Positions 1-7,733 of a stretch of DNA of 27,649 nucleotides are shown piece after piece. The stretch is from a virus. Its lineage: Duplodnaviria > Heunggongvirae > Uroviricota > Caudoviricetes. Position 1 is the first letter of the stretch. Each line of letters begins with the position of its first letter. The DNA is taken from the IMG/VR virus record IMGVR_UViG_3300049174_000031; one strand, written 5' to 3'. A program made the position numbers and the translations under genes. Below the pieces are notes generated by a model. The model had not been told where the DNA came from. It did not search any database and saw only the letters and a program-made list of their open reading frames with translations.

Positions 1-760
1 GATCGTCCTGGCCCGCGTGCAGCACCGCCTGCTCCTGGGTGTTGAACCGATCATGCACGATGTGGCTGTAGCTGACCTTGGAGTAGAAGGCGTCCAGGCG
101 CTGCTGCATATCCTGCAGGGTCACCTCCAAGGTGAACACGATGGGCCGCAGGCCCTGTTTGACCGCGGCGACGGCGGCATTGCACAGGAACATGGTCTTG
201 CCGGTCTTGGCGAAGCCGCCCACGATGGCCAGCTCGCCCGGCCGGATGCGGCCGGTGAACTCGTCAATCATCTGGATGCCGAAGGGCGCGGTGCCCGCCT
301 GGGGCTCATCGAAACGGCCCTCCCAGGACCGACGCTCCTCGACGTTGTGAGCCATGTTGACCCGCGTCAGCCGCGGCGCGATGACCTCGGAGGCGGCGTA
401 GGCGCTGGCATACAGCTCCCGCAGGGCCTTCTCCGGGCTGACCTTGGACTCGGCCCCGGCATCACGCAGCATGGTCTGCAGCTGGTTGGTCAGATAGCGC
501 CGCCGCATCAGCAGCGCCAGCTCGAACACCTCCTCCTCGATGCCCTCGGCCGGGACGTATCCCTTGAACTCCTGGGCCAGCACCCACGGCGTGGGTGCGG
601 AGGCCATCAAGGACTCCTGCCAGTAGTTCACGGTGAACACGAACACCGCCTGGTAGAGCGGGGTGACGAACTGCTCGGGACGCACCCCCATCTCCCACGC
701 CTCGGCGATGTCCGGTGCAGACAGCATTCGTCCCAACAGACGGCGCTCTACATCACTCAT
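1..760 (-). CDS. dnaB: DnaB-like replicative helicase, N-terminal part (runs off the left edge)
   Basis: Not in the ORF track because it is truncated. Hand translation from ATG 760: MSDVERRLLGRML...GIQMIDEFTGRIRPGELAIVGGFAKTGKTMFLCNAA...PIVFTLEVT..DMQQRL, giving the DnaB Walker A and the FTLE motif. Confidence 0.9.
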   Translation of the reverse strand, partial: MSDVERRLLGRMLSAPDIAEAWEMGVRPEQFVTPLYQAVFVFTVNYWQESLMASAPTPWVLAQEFKGYVPAEGIEEEVFELALLMRRRYLTNQLQTMLRDAGAESKVSPEKALRELYASAYAASEVIAPRLTRVNMAHNVEERRSWEGRFDEPQAGTAPFGIQMIDEFTGRIRPGELAIVGGFAKTGKTMFLCNAAVAAVKQGLRPIVFTLEVTLQDMQQRLDAFYSKVSYSHIVHDRFNTQEQAVLHAGQDD

Positions 761-827
761 CCGGGCAGCCTTGACCTATAGCGGAAGTGAAAGGGGTAGT
801 TTACCAGCCCGTTCACCGATCTTAGGG

Positions 828-1406
828 CTACGACACGGGCTCTTCGATGTTCTCTTCCTCGACATTGGCGAAGGCCTTCTCGCCGAACTCGGCCAGCAGG
901 ATCTTGGCCATGATGGCATGCAGATCGTCGTAGCGCAGGTTGCCGCGGCGGTAACAGCTCTTGGCGATCTCGGAGATGATCGGGAGGGTGAAGCGGCGCT
1001 TGCCCATGTTGCCGACGCGCTCGGGCTGGATCGGGGTGCCGTTCTTGTAGGTGAAGATGCTCTTGCGCAAGCCCCAGTACAGCCACTGGTTGCTCTTGCC
1101 AAAAAATTGAGCGGCCTGGGAGGTCGAATAGACCTTCTCCACTCCGCTCATCAGCACGTCGTCATCGAACCTGCGCTCGATGGCCAGCCTCTTGAAGTCC
1201 TCCCACTGGCGGTTGACCTCGGCCAGGGTGTCGGTGGAGGCCTGGGACCACTCGTACTCGGGCCACTCCTGGTCGCGGTAGCCGTTGCGCGGGTCCTCTA
1301 CCTGCAGGCCCCCGTCGGGGGCCTCTGGCCAGTCGTAGGCCACCGCCTCCCCGGCCTCGGCGGCCGGGAGGCTGTCGTCAAATTGGACTGCGGCAGTCTC
1401 GGTCAT
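828..1406 (-). CDS. HTH (MerR/excisionase-like) DNA-binding protein with acidic N-terminus
   Basis: 192 aa; VYSTSQAAQFFGKSNQWLYW...GKRRFTLPII resembles a MerR-type winged HTH. Confidence 0.65.
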   Translation of the reverse strand: MTETAAVQFDDSLPAAEAGEAVAYDWPEAPDGGLQVEDPRNGYRDQEWPEYEWSQASTDTLAEVNRQWEDFKRLAIERRFDDDVLMSGVEKVYSTSQAAQFFGKSNQWLYWGLRKSIFTYKNGTPIQPERVGNMGKRRFTLPIISEIAKSCYRRGNLRYDDLHAIMAKILLAEFGEKAFANVEEENIEEPVS

Positions 1407-1409
1407 GGT

Positions 1410-2075
1410 TCACCCTTCCAGATTCCTGACGTGGAATGACGAAGGGTTGTGACCCACCGAGATGATGCACTGACGCACCACATCCATCAGCTCGGGGGCC
1501 TCGGCCACCAGCTTGATCAGCGCGTCCTGGTCCAGCACGATCTTGGGCTTGACCATCTCCACCGTGAACACCCGATTCTGCTGCTCACCGGAGAGCAGGC
1601 CGCGCAACTTGTTCTCATCGAGCTTGAGCTTGGGCTTGCCGCCCTCGCGGGTGAACTTGCGCTCTGTACCAGGCACCTCGACCTCGCCGGGAGCGTGGTC
1701 GGGATCGTCCACCGCGTTCGCGATGTGATCGGCGGTGATCCGGCCGAAGATACGGGCCCGGCGGGCGTCGTAGCGCAGCTTGATCAGGTCGGCCAGCTCT
1801 TGGAAGGCCAGGTGCTCTTCCAGGTGCCGGGCCAGCTCGGCCTCGTCGCACTCGGTCTCGGTGTCGATGGGGTTGGCCAGCAGCTGTTCGACCAGGCCGC
1901 TGAGTCTCTTGGTCAGCTCGGCCAGGCGAACGATGTCCACCTTGTCCAGGGCCTCGCGTAGCGCCTCACGACGCTGTTCGGATGATGGTTGTTTCTCGGG
2001 CGAGGCCGCGGCGGCCTCTTCGGTCAGGGCCTGCCAGGCGTCGGCTGCGGCCTCCAATTCAGAATCTATCGTCAC
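1410..2075 (-). CDS. hypothetical protein (helical N-terminus)
   Basis: 221-aa ORF that tiles with its neighbours; no motif recognised. Confidence 0.75.
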   Translation of the reverse strand: MTIDSELEAAADAWQALTEEAAAASPEKQPSSEQRREALREALDKVDIVRLAELTKRLSGLVEQLLANPIDTETECDEAELARHLEEHLAFQELADLIKLRYDARRARIFGRITADHIANAVDDPDHAPGEVEVPGTERKFTREGGKPKLKLDENKLRGLLSGEQQNRVFTVEMVKPKIVLDQDALIKLVAEAPELMDVVRQCIISVGHNPSSFHVRNLEG

Positions 2076-2177
2076 ACCTATTACCTCTCGTCGTGTGACT
2101 GATTCTACGACGATTCACCTATAGAAGATGCCCAACAAATCTACTGAGCAAGTCACAAAGATGTAAGAAGCAGCAGG

Positions 2178-2417
2178 TCAGTGGGCGGGAGGCTCCTGCA
2201 TGATGCTGTCGGCTTCGGCCCTGGTAACGCCGGTCGATCCGGCGGTGGCCAGGATGGCACGGGCCAGCTCGACCAGCTCCTGGCGGGTGCCGTAGTAGCG
2301 CAGGTGGGCCTTCTGGTCCACCCCGAAGCGGGCCACGCTCAGTCTCGTCGGGTAGCCGTCGCCCTCGGGCAGCGGAACCCACCAGTCGCGGGGCTCGGGC
2401 AGCTCGGGCTTCTTCAC
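2178..2417 (-). CDS. hypothetical protein, 79 aa
   Basis: GTG start overlaps the upstream TGA (GTGA); VKKPELPEPRDWW...QEPPAH. Confidence 0.7.
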   Translation of the reverse strand: MKKPELPEPRDWWVPLPEGDGYPTRLSVARFGVDQKAHLRYYGTRQELVELARAILATAGSTGVTRAEADSIMQEPPAH

Positions 2418-2689
2418 CGCTCTCCCTTCCGAACAGCGTCCAGCCGCTTGCGCACCTGGACGATGACATCCTGCAGGGTGGCCTTGGCCACCTCGGCCAG
2501 GTCGTTGTAGCGCAGGATCAGCTCCTTCTGATCGGGCACCCCGTTCCACCACACCGCGGCCTCGCTGCCGGGCTTGAGCCAGTCGGTGGCCTGCCCGGCG
2601 GCGTCGTACACGGTCACGGTGGCGTCCATCCGCAGCCGCAGCTCCATGCGCTCCACGCACACGGGTTCGAGGTTCTCGGGGATGCTCAT
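2414..2689 (-). CDS. hypothetical protein, 91 aa
   Basis: ATGA overlap with the upstream gene; MSIPENLEPV...AVRKGER. Confidence 0.75.
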   Translation of the reverse strand: MSIPENLEPVCVERMELRLRMDATVTVYDAAGQATDWLKPGSEAAVWWNGVPDQKELILRYNDLAEVAKATLQDVIVQVRKRLDAVRKGER

Positions 2690-3561
2690 AGGTGCCGTTG
2701 CCGATGCTGGCCGCAGTCGCCGTAGCGGGTGTTCCAGAGCTGGTCCAGCTCGGCCTCCACCTTGGGGTCCAGCGTGGCCGAGGCCCATCCCTCGGGCACC
2801 TGCATGCTGCCCTCCGGGCCGATCCGCAGCCCACCGAAGTCCACCCCGCGACCCTCCTGCAGGGCCGCCTTGGCCTGATCCATGGCGGCGACGGTCTGCA
2901 TCTGGAAGCGGTGACGCTCGTCGGTGGACAACGGCACCGCGCCCTTGTCAATGAGGTCCTGGGGGATGGTCTTCTTGGCCTTCAGGAAGTTCGTCACGAA
3001 CCAGTCGGGCACATCGGTGTCGCTCTGGTCTTTTGGGCCGCCCATGACGAGCACAGGGCCGCAGAGGGGGTCCTCTGTGTTATGGGTGACCTTGTACATC
3101 GCGGTGGCGATGGGATTGCGCGGGCTCTCATAAAGCGCATGCCCGAAGCAGTAGTAGGTCACCGCGCCGGGCTCCGACCAGTCCACGTCGTCGGAGCCCA
3201 CCGCGGCCTGGATCTCCTCCATGCCGAAGATGTCACGCATCTCCCAGTCCCCGTTGGGCTGGATGACCAGGCCCTTGCGCAGCTTGGCCACCTTGTCGCG
3301 GACCTGGTTCCACACACGGGAGTAATCGGCCGCGGAGGCCATGGCAGGCGCAGGCTCGAATGGGATGTCCAACTCATGGGCCAGGTCGAACATCTTGTAC
3401 GCAGTTTTCTGGAACCGGCCGAACCACTCCATCATCTCCGGGTCGGCCTCCATGTCGGCCAGGGAGGAGATGTCGCCGAAGCCCTTCTTCTCGAACTCCT
3501 TCTGGAAACCCAGATGATCGGCATCGACCTCGGCGAACCGAGCGCGGATGTCACTGCTCAT
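2686..3561 (-). CDS. hypothetical protein with a DUF3846-like central domain
   Basis: 291 aa; MEEIQAAVG...NPIAT...PLCGPVLVMG resembles DUF3846 (recalled pattern, not searched). Confidence 0.6.
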   Translation of the reverse strand: MSSDIRARFAEVDADHLGFQKEFEKKGFGDISSLADMEADPEMMEWFGRFQKTAYKMFDLAHELDIPFEPAPAMASAADYSRVWNQVRDKVAKLRKGLVIQPNGDWEMRDIFGMEEIQAAVGSDDVDWSEPGAVTYYCFGHALYESPRNPIATAMYKVTHNTEDPLCGPVLVMGGPKDQSDTDVPDWFVTNFLKAKKTIPQDLIDKGAVPLSTDERHRFQMQTVAAMDQAKAALQEGRGVDFGGLRIGPEGSMQVPEGWASATLDPKVEAELDQLWNTRYGDCGQHRQRHL

Positions 3562-3958
3562 CGGCCGAGACCTCCTGTGCTTTCATCTGCTGCTTGATCT
3601 GCCAGATCATGGCAGCGTCGGCGAACAGGTTCTGCTCGATGGAGGTCATCGAGGCCACGAACTCCTCGCCGTCAGTGATCGGAGCCCAGTGGTGGCACAG
3701 CAGCAACAGCGCCTGGCCGATGAAGCCGATGGTCCAATGCTCGGTGCGCTCTTCGGCCGGGTGCAGGGTCCTGCGCAGCGCCTCGATAGGAGACAGCGGG
3801 CCATCGCCACGCTCCTCGGCCTCCCAGGCGTCCTGCATCGACTCGGCGTGCGCGGCCCAGGTCTGGATGAAGGTCAGGAACCGCGACGAGATGGGGTCAG
3901 GGTCGGCCGCGAACTCGGCGCACTGCAGCTGCCACTCGGACAGATCACGTATCTTCAT
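3551..3958 (-). CDS. hypothetical protein, 135 aa
   Basis: ORF tiles with its neighbours. Confidence 0.75.
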   Translation of the reverse strand: MKIRDLSEWQLQCAEFAADPDPISSRFLTFIQTWAAHAESMQDAWEAEERGDGPLSPIEALRRTLHPAEERTEHWTIGFIGQALLLLCHHWAPITDGEEFVASMTSIEQNLFADAAMIWQIKQQMKAQEVSADEQ

Positions 3959-3959
3959 C

Positions 3960-4160
3960 TCACGCCTCCTTCCAGGGCATTCCGTTGACCAGCACAGTGA
4001 CGGTCTGGGCGCTGGTCACGATGTTGTAGACGGGCCGCGACGGCTCGTCGTTATGCTCACTGACCTCGACCGAGGCGTGGCCCGTAGTGCCCCACGGGAC
4101 GTGCATGATGGGCCATCCGGTAGCGGACTTCACCAGCTGGGGAAAACTCTCGCGGTCCAT
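3960..4160 (-). CDS. hypothetical protein, 66 aa
   Basis: ATG at 4160 overlaps the upstream TGA (TGATG); MDRESFPQLV... Confidence 0.65.
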   Translation of the reverse strand: MDRESFPQLVKSATGWPIMHVPWGTTGHASVEVSEHNDEPSRPVYNIVTSAQTVTVLVNGMPWKEA

Positions 4161-4411
4161 CAGCGCACCGTCCACGGCGACGGGATCGGTGGGTTGGTGG
4201 TGATGACAGGGGGGTACGGCACCGGGGCCCCTGGCTGGCAGATCTGGTGTTGCCAGTCCCAGTTCATGTTGGCCCCGCAGATATCGTCGGCCCTGGCCTG
4301 GGGGCCGAAGGCCCCGGCCAGGATGCCCAGCGCGATCCCCAGGATGACGGCCAGCACATAGAGCCAGCCGTCCAGCCGGGTCATCGGTTCCAGGTCGATA
4401 CGCACGCGCAT
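4160..4411 (-). CDS. small exported or membrane protein
   Basis: TGATG-coupled start; hydrophobic stretch, then AxA site (QARA-DD), two Cys and a Pro-rich tail. Confidence 0.7.
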   Translation of the reverse strand: MRVRIDLEPMTRLDGWLYVLAVILGIALGILAGAFGPQARADDICGANMNWDWQHQICQPGAPVPYPPVITTNPPIPSPWTVR

Positions 4412-4959
4412 CACTTCACCCCCAGGTTGATCGCCGCGGCCTGGATTCCGGCCACCGAGTGGGCGTTGATGATCTGACCCTCGCGCACCCAGCGCAGCGC
4501 CTCGGAGAGGTCGAACCAACGCAGTTCCAGGTCGGCCTCCTCGGCGTGCGCCTCAGGGCGACCCACCCAGTTCAGGCCAGCGGCCAGGAAGATCTGGGTG
4601 CGCTCGTTGGTGAAGCCCGGCGAGGCCGCGATGGTCACCAGTGGCTTCCATATCGTGGCACGGTATCCAACCTCCTCGACCAGCTCGCGCTGTGCGGTTT
4701 CCAGCGGGGTGGCACCCACGGTGTCTAGCAGCCCGGCCGGTAGCTCCCACAGGTACTCGCCCATGGGGTGGCGGTATTGCCGGATCAGCGCCACCTGATC
4801 GCGCTCGTTGAGCGCCACGATGGCCACCGCGCCGTCCTTGATAACCACGTCCCGGCGGGCATTGGTGCCGTCGGGCATGGAGACCTGGTCCTGGCGCACC
4901 GAGAAGATCTTGCCTTGGTAGACAGTCTTGGTGTCCAGCGTTTCGTAAGTAGTTGTCAT
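4411..4959 (-). CDS. nudF: NUDIX hydrolase, ADP-ribose pyrophosphatase (NudF-like)
   Basis: RQYRHP..WELPAGLLD..ETAQRELVEEVG Nudix box, SPGFTNE, and VGRPEAHAEEAD, closely resembling mycobacterial ADPRase as recalled. Confidence 0.88.
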   Translation of the reverse strand: MTTTYETLDTKTVYQGKIFSVRQDQVSMPDGTNARRDVVIKDGAVAIVALNERDQVALIRQYRHPMGEYLWELPAGLLDTVGATPLETAQRELVEEVGYRATIWKPLVTIAASPGFTNERTQIFLAAGLNWVGRPEAHAEEADLELRWFDLSEALRWVREGQIINAHSVAGIQAAAINLGVK

Positions 4960-4978
4960 GATTCTCGATTCCTTTCCA

Positions 4979-5140
4979 TCACTTCCACCCCTCTAAGTCC
5001 CGCGGAAACACCAGCAGGATGGGCCCCCAGTTGAACACCACCACGCGCTCTTTCGAGTCGCGGTGGCGGCTGTCGTCCCAGGAACGCACGAAGTTGCCCA
5101 GGCTGGCCGTCTTGGCCCGCGGCCAGTGCTTGAGGCTCAC
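4979..5140 (-). CDS. hypothetical protein, 53 aa
   Basis: Hand translation: GTG start overlapping the upstream TGA; VSLKHWPRAK...DLEGWK; fills the gap exactly. Confidence 0.6.
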   Translation of the reverse strand: MSLKHWPRAKTASLGNFVRSWDDSRHRDSKERVVVFNWGPILLVFPRDLEGWK

Positions 5141-5466
5141 TTGTCATCCTCGTCGGGGTACTGGTTGAAGAGCGCGTTGAGATCGGCCACGCTGGGGTCG
5201 TAGTCCAGCGCCGCCAGCTCGTCGGGCACCGCGTTGAAGTCGGGCATCTTGGCCAGCCGGTCCACGGCCGAGGAGGCCACGGCCAGCAGCATCTCGTAGG
5301 GAGCCCCGCACAGGCGGCTCACCAGGTCGGGCAGGGCCAGAGCGGCGTCGAACTTGTCACCGTGGCGCTCCTGCTTGCGGCCGAGAGAGGCCCGCCACCT
5401 CTCCACCAGGTCGTCCAGGCCCTCGTTGAGGAAGGCATAGCCCTGGTCAATGTTGTCGATTCCCAT
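5137..5466 (-). CDS. hypothetical protein, 109 aa
   Basis: AGGAGG RBS before ATG 5466; MGIDNIDQGY... Confidence 0.8.
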   Translation of the reverse strand: MGIDNIDQGYAFLNEGLDDLVERWRASLGRKQERHGDKFDAALALPDLVSRLCGAPYEMLLAVASSAVDRLAKMPDFNAVPDELAALDYDPSVADLNALFNQYPDEDDK

Positions 5467-5519
5467 TTCGATCCTCCTGGTTGTGAGATACAGCCTATAG
5501 AACAAGTGAAACAGACAGG

Positions 5520-5759
5520 CTATTCCTTGCCTGCGCCCGCCAGTGCCTCGACACGCAGAGCATCGACCAGCTGGGCCATCTGGTCCAGCAGCGCCGGGAT
5601 GCCCTCGTCGCGGGGGGCCAGTGCCTCGTCCCCGGCGTTGTAGTCGGTGAGCCACTGCCTGATCAGCTTGGACAGGTCGGTGCCCTGGCCCTTGGCCTTC
5701 TCACTGGCCGCGTCCCAGAGCTGCTCTTCGGTGCGGATGTTGCGAACTTTCATGGCCAT
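5520..5759 (-). CDS. ribbon-helix-helix (Arc/MetJ/CopG-like) DNA-binding protein
   Basis: KVRNIRTEEQLWDAASEKAKGQGTDLSKLIRQWL has the RHH strand-helix-helix pattern; AAGGAG RBS. Confidence 0.8.
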   Translation of the reverse strand: MAMKVRNIRTEEQLWDAASEKAKGQGTDLSKLIRQWLTDYNAGDEALAPRDEGIPALLDQMAQLVDALRVEALAGAGKE

Positions 5760-5810
5760 GGTGTGCTCCTTTGGTGCGTAGGTACATGATAAGGATTCGT
5801 GGGGCCGGAA

Positions 5811-5836
5811 GGCCCCCGTGTAGTGACACGGGGGCC
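5811..5836 (-). terminator. GC-rich hairpin after the modification cassette
   Basis: GGCCCCCGTG-6 nt-CACGGGGGCC, 7 nt past the TAA at 5844; only a short U run follows. Confidence 0.55.
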
Positions 5837-5843
5837 CTCGGGA

Positions 5844-6605
5844 TTACGCGGCGGCGGCCAGTTCGGCCGCGATCTCGCGCACGTTGGCGAGCATGGTCGG
5901 CACGTTCTTGGCCGGGCCGAACCGGAAGTAGGTGCCGTCGGCGCTGTCGCAGCCCAGAAAGAGCGCGGCCATGCGCAGGCGCTTGCGGGAGTTCACCCGG
6001 CCCATGTGGACCCACTTGCCGCGGCGCTTGGCCTCCTTGACCAGCGGAGCGCAGGGGACCTCACCCTTGGGGGTGCCGTCGAGCGCGATGCCGAACGGGC
6101 CGATCTTCCAGTCGTCGGACCCGCCGATGAAGATGGCGTCGATGTCGTCCCACGGGACCTCGTCGGAGGTGCAGCCGTCTTGGATGACGAACGCGACCTT
6201 GAAGCCCAGCGCCTTCATCGGGCCGATCCACTTCTTGGCCAGCTCGGCCGTCGCGACGTGGTCACCGACCGGGAAGAACTCGCCCTTGACGTTGGCGAAG
6301 CGGTCGTCCACCACGGGGGAAACGGTGCCGTCCTCGGCCTTGAAGAACCAGTTCAGCACGTCTGGGATCACGACGAACTCGGCCAGGTCGGCGTCCTTCG
6401 CCTGGGCCTGCAGCCAGCTCCACCAGCCCGCCCCGTTCCACGGGATGCCCTTCTTGGCCCGCGACAGGCTGAACACGCCGTTGTCGCCGCACCAGCGCAC
6501 CCGCGGGCGCAGGTTGCCCTGCTCGGGGGTGTCGATGTAGGCGATCTCCCGGCCCGAGTGCATGTGCGGAAGGGCGGTGGCGTTGGGGTTTCCGAAGTAG
6601 ATCAT
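5844..6605 (-). CDS. TGT/DpdA-like TIM-barrel protein (candidate base-exchange enzyme)
   Basis: 253 aa from ATG 6605 (strong RBS). Motifs DNGVF, PDV, QDG, FIGGS, HMGRVNS and DSADGT are collinear with TGT-family DSGGF/QG/GG/HxLG/DxxD; no C-terminal Zn site. Confidence 0.6.
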   Translation of the reverse strand: MIYFGNPNATALPHMHSGREIAYIDTPEQGNLRPRVRWCGDNGVFSLSRAKKGIPWNGAGWWSWLQAQAKDADLAEFVVIPDVLNWFFKAEDGTVSPVVDDRFANVKGEFFPVGDHVATAELAKKWIGPMKALGFKVAFVIQDGCTSDEVPWDDIDAIFIGGSDDWKIGPFGIALDGTPKGEVPCAPLVKEAKRRGKWVHMGRVNSRKRLRMAALFLGCDSADGTYFRFGPAKNVPTMLANVREIAAELAAAA

Positions 6606-6622
6606 GGTGGTCCTCCTGGTTG
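6603..6622 (-). repeat. conserved start-associated 20-mer CAACCAGGAGGACCACCATG (also at 7630-7649, 9786-9805, 18700-18719)
   Basis: Four exact copies at gene starts that follow intergenic gaps; variants before 5466, 8873, 10160, 17484 and 20628. Confidence 0.85.
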
Positions 6623-6650
6623 GGGTGGCTCTTTGTTCGTACATACAGTT

Positions 6651-6712
6651 CAACGAGAACGTCTTACGGTTTGTTCCCGATGTCTTTACGAATAGGTGTG
6701 ATTGTCACCACA
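6651..6712 (-). promoter_or_regulatory. ECF-sigma (SigH/SigE-type) promoter with CRP-like box, copy 1
   Basis: GGAAC (6677-6673), N17, CGTTG (6655-6651); TGTGG-N6-TCACA at 6712-6697, 19 nt upstream of the -35. Confidence 0.75.
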
Positions 6713-6714
6713 CA

Positions 6715-7632
6715 TCACGCGGCCAGCGGGGCCAGCTGGGCCCCGGCCGCGATGGCCTCGGCGACCGAGCCGCCGCCCTGCTTGTAGCCGAAGCCGGTGA
6801 CCTGCTCGACCTCAAGGACGCGCTGGGCCAGCACCGGGTTGTGGCAGGCGGCGATGGCGGCGTCGGCTTTGCTACCGAACACGCAGAAGGCACAGCTCAA
6901 ACGGCTCATGCCCAGGTCGTAGGCCTTGTGGTACGGAGCACCGGAGAGCCGGATCTTCGACCACACCATGGTCTCGGTCCAGTTGTGGATCGGGAGCCAG
7001 GTGTCAACCTGCTTGAGGCTGTTGCTCGCGCCGTGGTCGATCTCGTAGGTGGCCTTCTTGGCGCGGTCAGCGGACTCCTCGCCACGCAGGCCCATGACGT
7101 TGAGAATGCGGACGGGGTGCACGGTCTTGCCGTCGTCCATGACGGCCGGGGCCAGCTCGCGGCCGGTGGCCACAACCTCGTTCTTGAGGGCGGTCATCAG
7201 CACGCGCACCGGGCCGCGCTTGAGGTCGCTGGTGCACCAGCGGTTGCCCGAGGTGGGCCACGCCGGGCTCATCTTCTCGCGCTTGCCCTCGGCGACCTCG
7301 GCCTCGAACTTGGCGGCCTTCTCAAGCACGCGGTCCAGCAGGCCCGAGCCGGGCTTGCGGACGATCTCGAAGCGGGGCACGCCGTAGAAGTCAGCCTGCT
7401 CGCGGGCGATCTCGGCGGTGCCCTCCCACTCCATACCGTCCAGATCGGCGTGCACGGCCACGACGCGGTCCAGAATGCCGAGGCGCTTGGCGATACCAAC
7501 GACCCACTCGACCATGACCTGGGAGTCCTTGCCGCCCGACGTGTTGAGCAGAATCACGTCGTAGTCGGTGAGATTGGGCATACTGCCCGCGGTGACGGTG
7601 GTGAGGTACTGGGCCTGCTTCTTAGTCGCCAT
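6715..7632 (-). CDS. PAPS-reductase/DndC-like PP-loop ATPase
   Basis: 305 aa from ATG 7632; SGGKDS PP-loop, WCTSDLK, GLRGEESADR, RLSCAFC. Confidence 0.88.
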   Translation of the reverse strand: MATKKQAQYLTTVTAGSMPNLTDYDVILLNTSGGKDSQVMVEWVVGIAKRLGILDRVVAVHADLDGMEWEGTAEIAREQADFYGVPRFEIVRKPGSGLLDRVLEKAAKFEAEVAEGKREKMSPAWPTSGNRWCTSDLKRGPVRVLMTALKNEVVATGRELAPAVMDDGKTVHPVRILNVMGLRGEESADRAKKATYEIDHGASNSLKQVDTWLPIHNWTETMVWSKIRLSGAPYHKAYDLGMSRLSCAFCVFGSKADAAIAACHNPVLAQRVLEVEQVTGFGYKQGGGSVAEAIAAGAQLAPLAA

Positions 7633-7670
7633 GGTGGTCCTCCTGGTTGCTCTTTGTCGTACATACGGTT

Positions 7671-7732
7671 CAACGCACTTGTCTTTACGTTTGTTCCCGG
7701 CGTAAAGACAAGTGCGTGTGAACTGCACCACA
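7671..7732 (-). promoter_or_regulatory. ECF-sigma promoter with CRP-like box, copy 2 (contains a 17-bp inverted repeat)
   Basis: GGAAC (7697-7693), N17, CGTTG (7675-7671); TGTGG-N6-TCACA at 7732-7717, again 19 nt upstream; perfect IR at 7673-7689/7701-7717. Confidence 0.75.
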
Positions 7733-7733
7733 A

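Noticed and set aside
1410-2075. Gam-like or Gp157-like assignment for the 221-aa protein
   Set aside because: Resemblance is only compositional; no diagnostic motif.
2094-2157. AT-rich gap with a TGTGACT/AGTCACA inverted repeat as a replication origin
   Set aside because: Only a 7-bp IR with a 50-nt spacer and no iterons; better explained as the promoter region of the HTH/dnaB operon.
5844-6653. ORF-track upstream starts (6653, 7755, 26105, 10518, 4519)
   Set aside because: These extensions run through promoters or neighbouring genes; downstream starts have strong SDs or stop-start overlaps.
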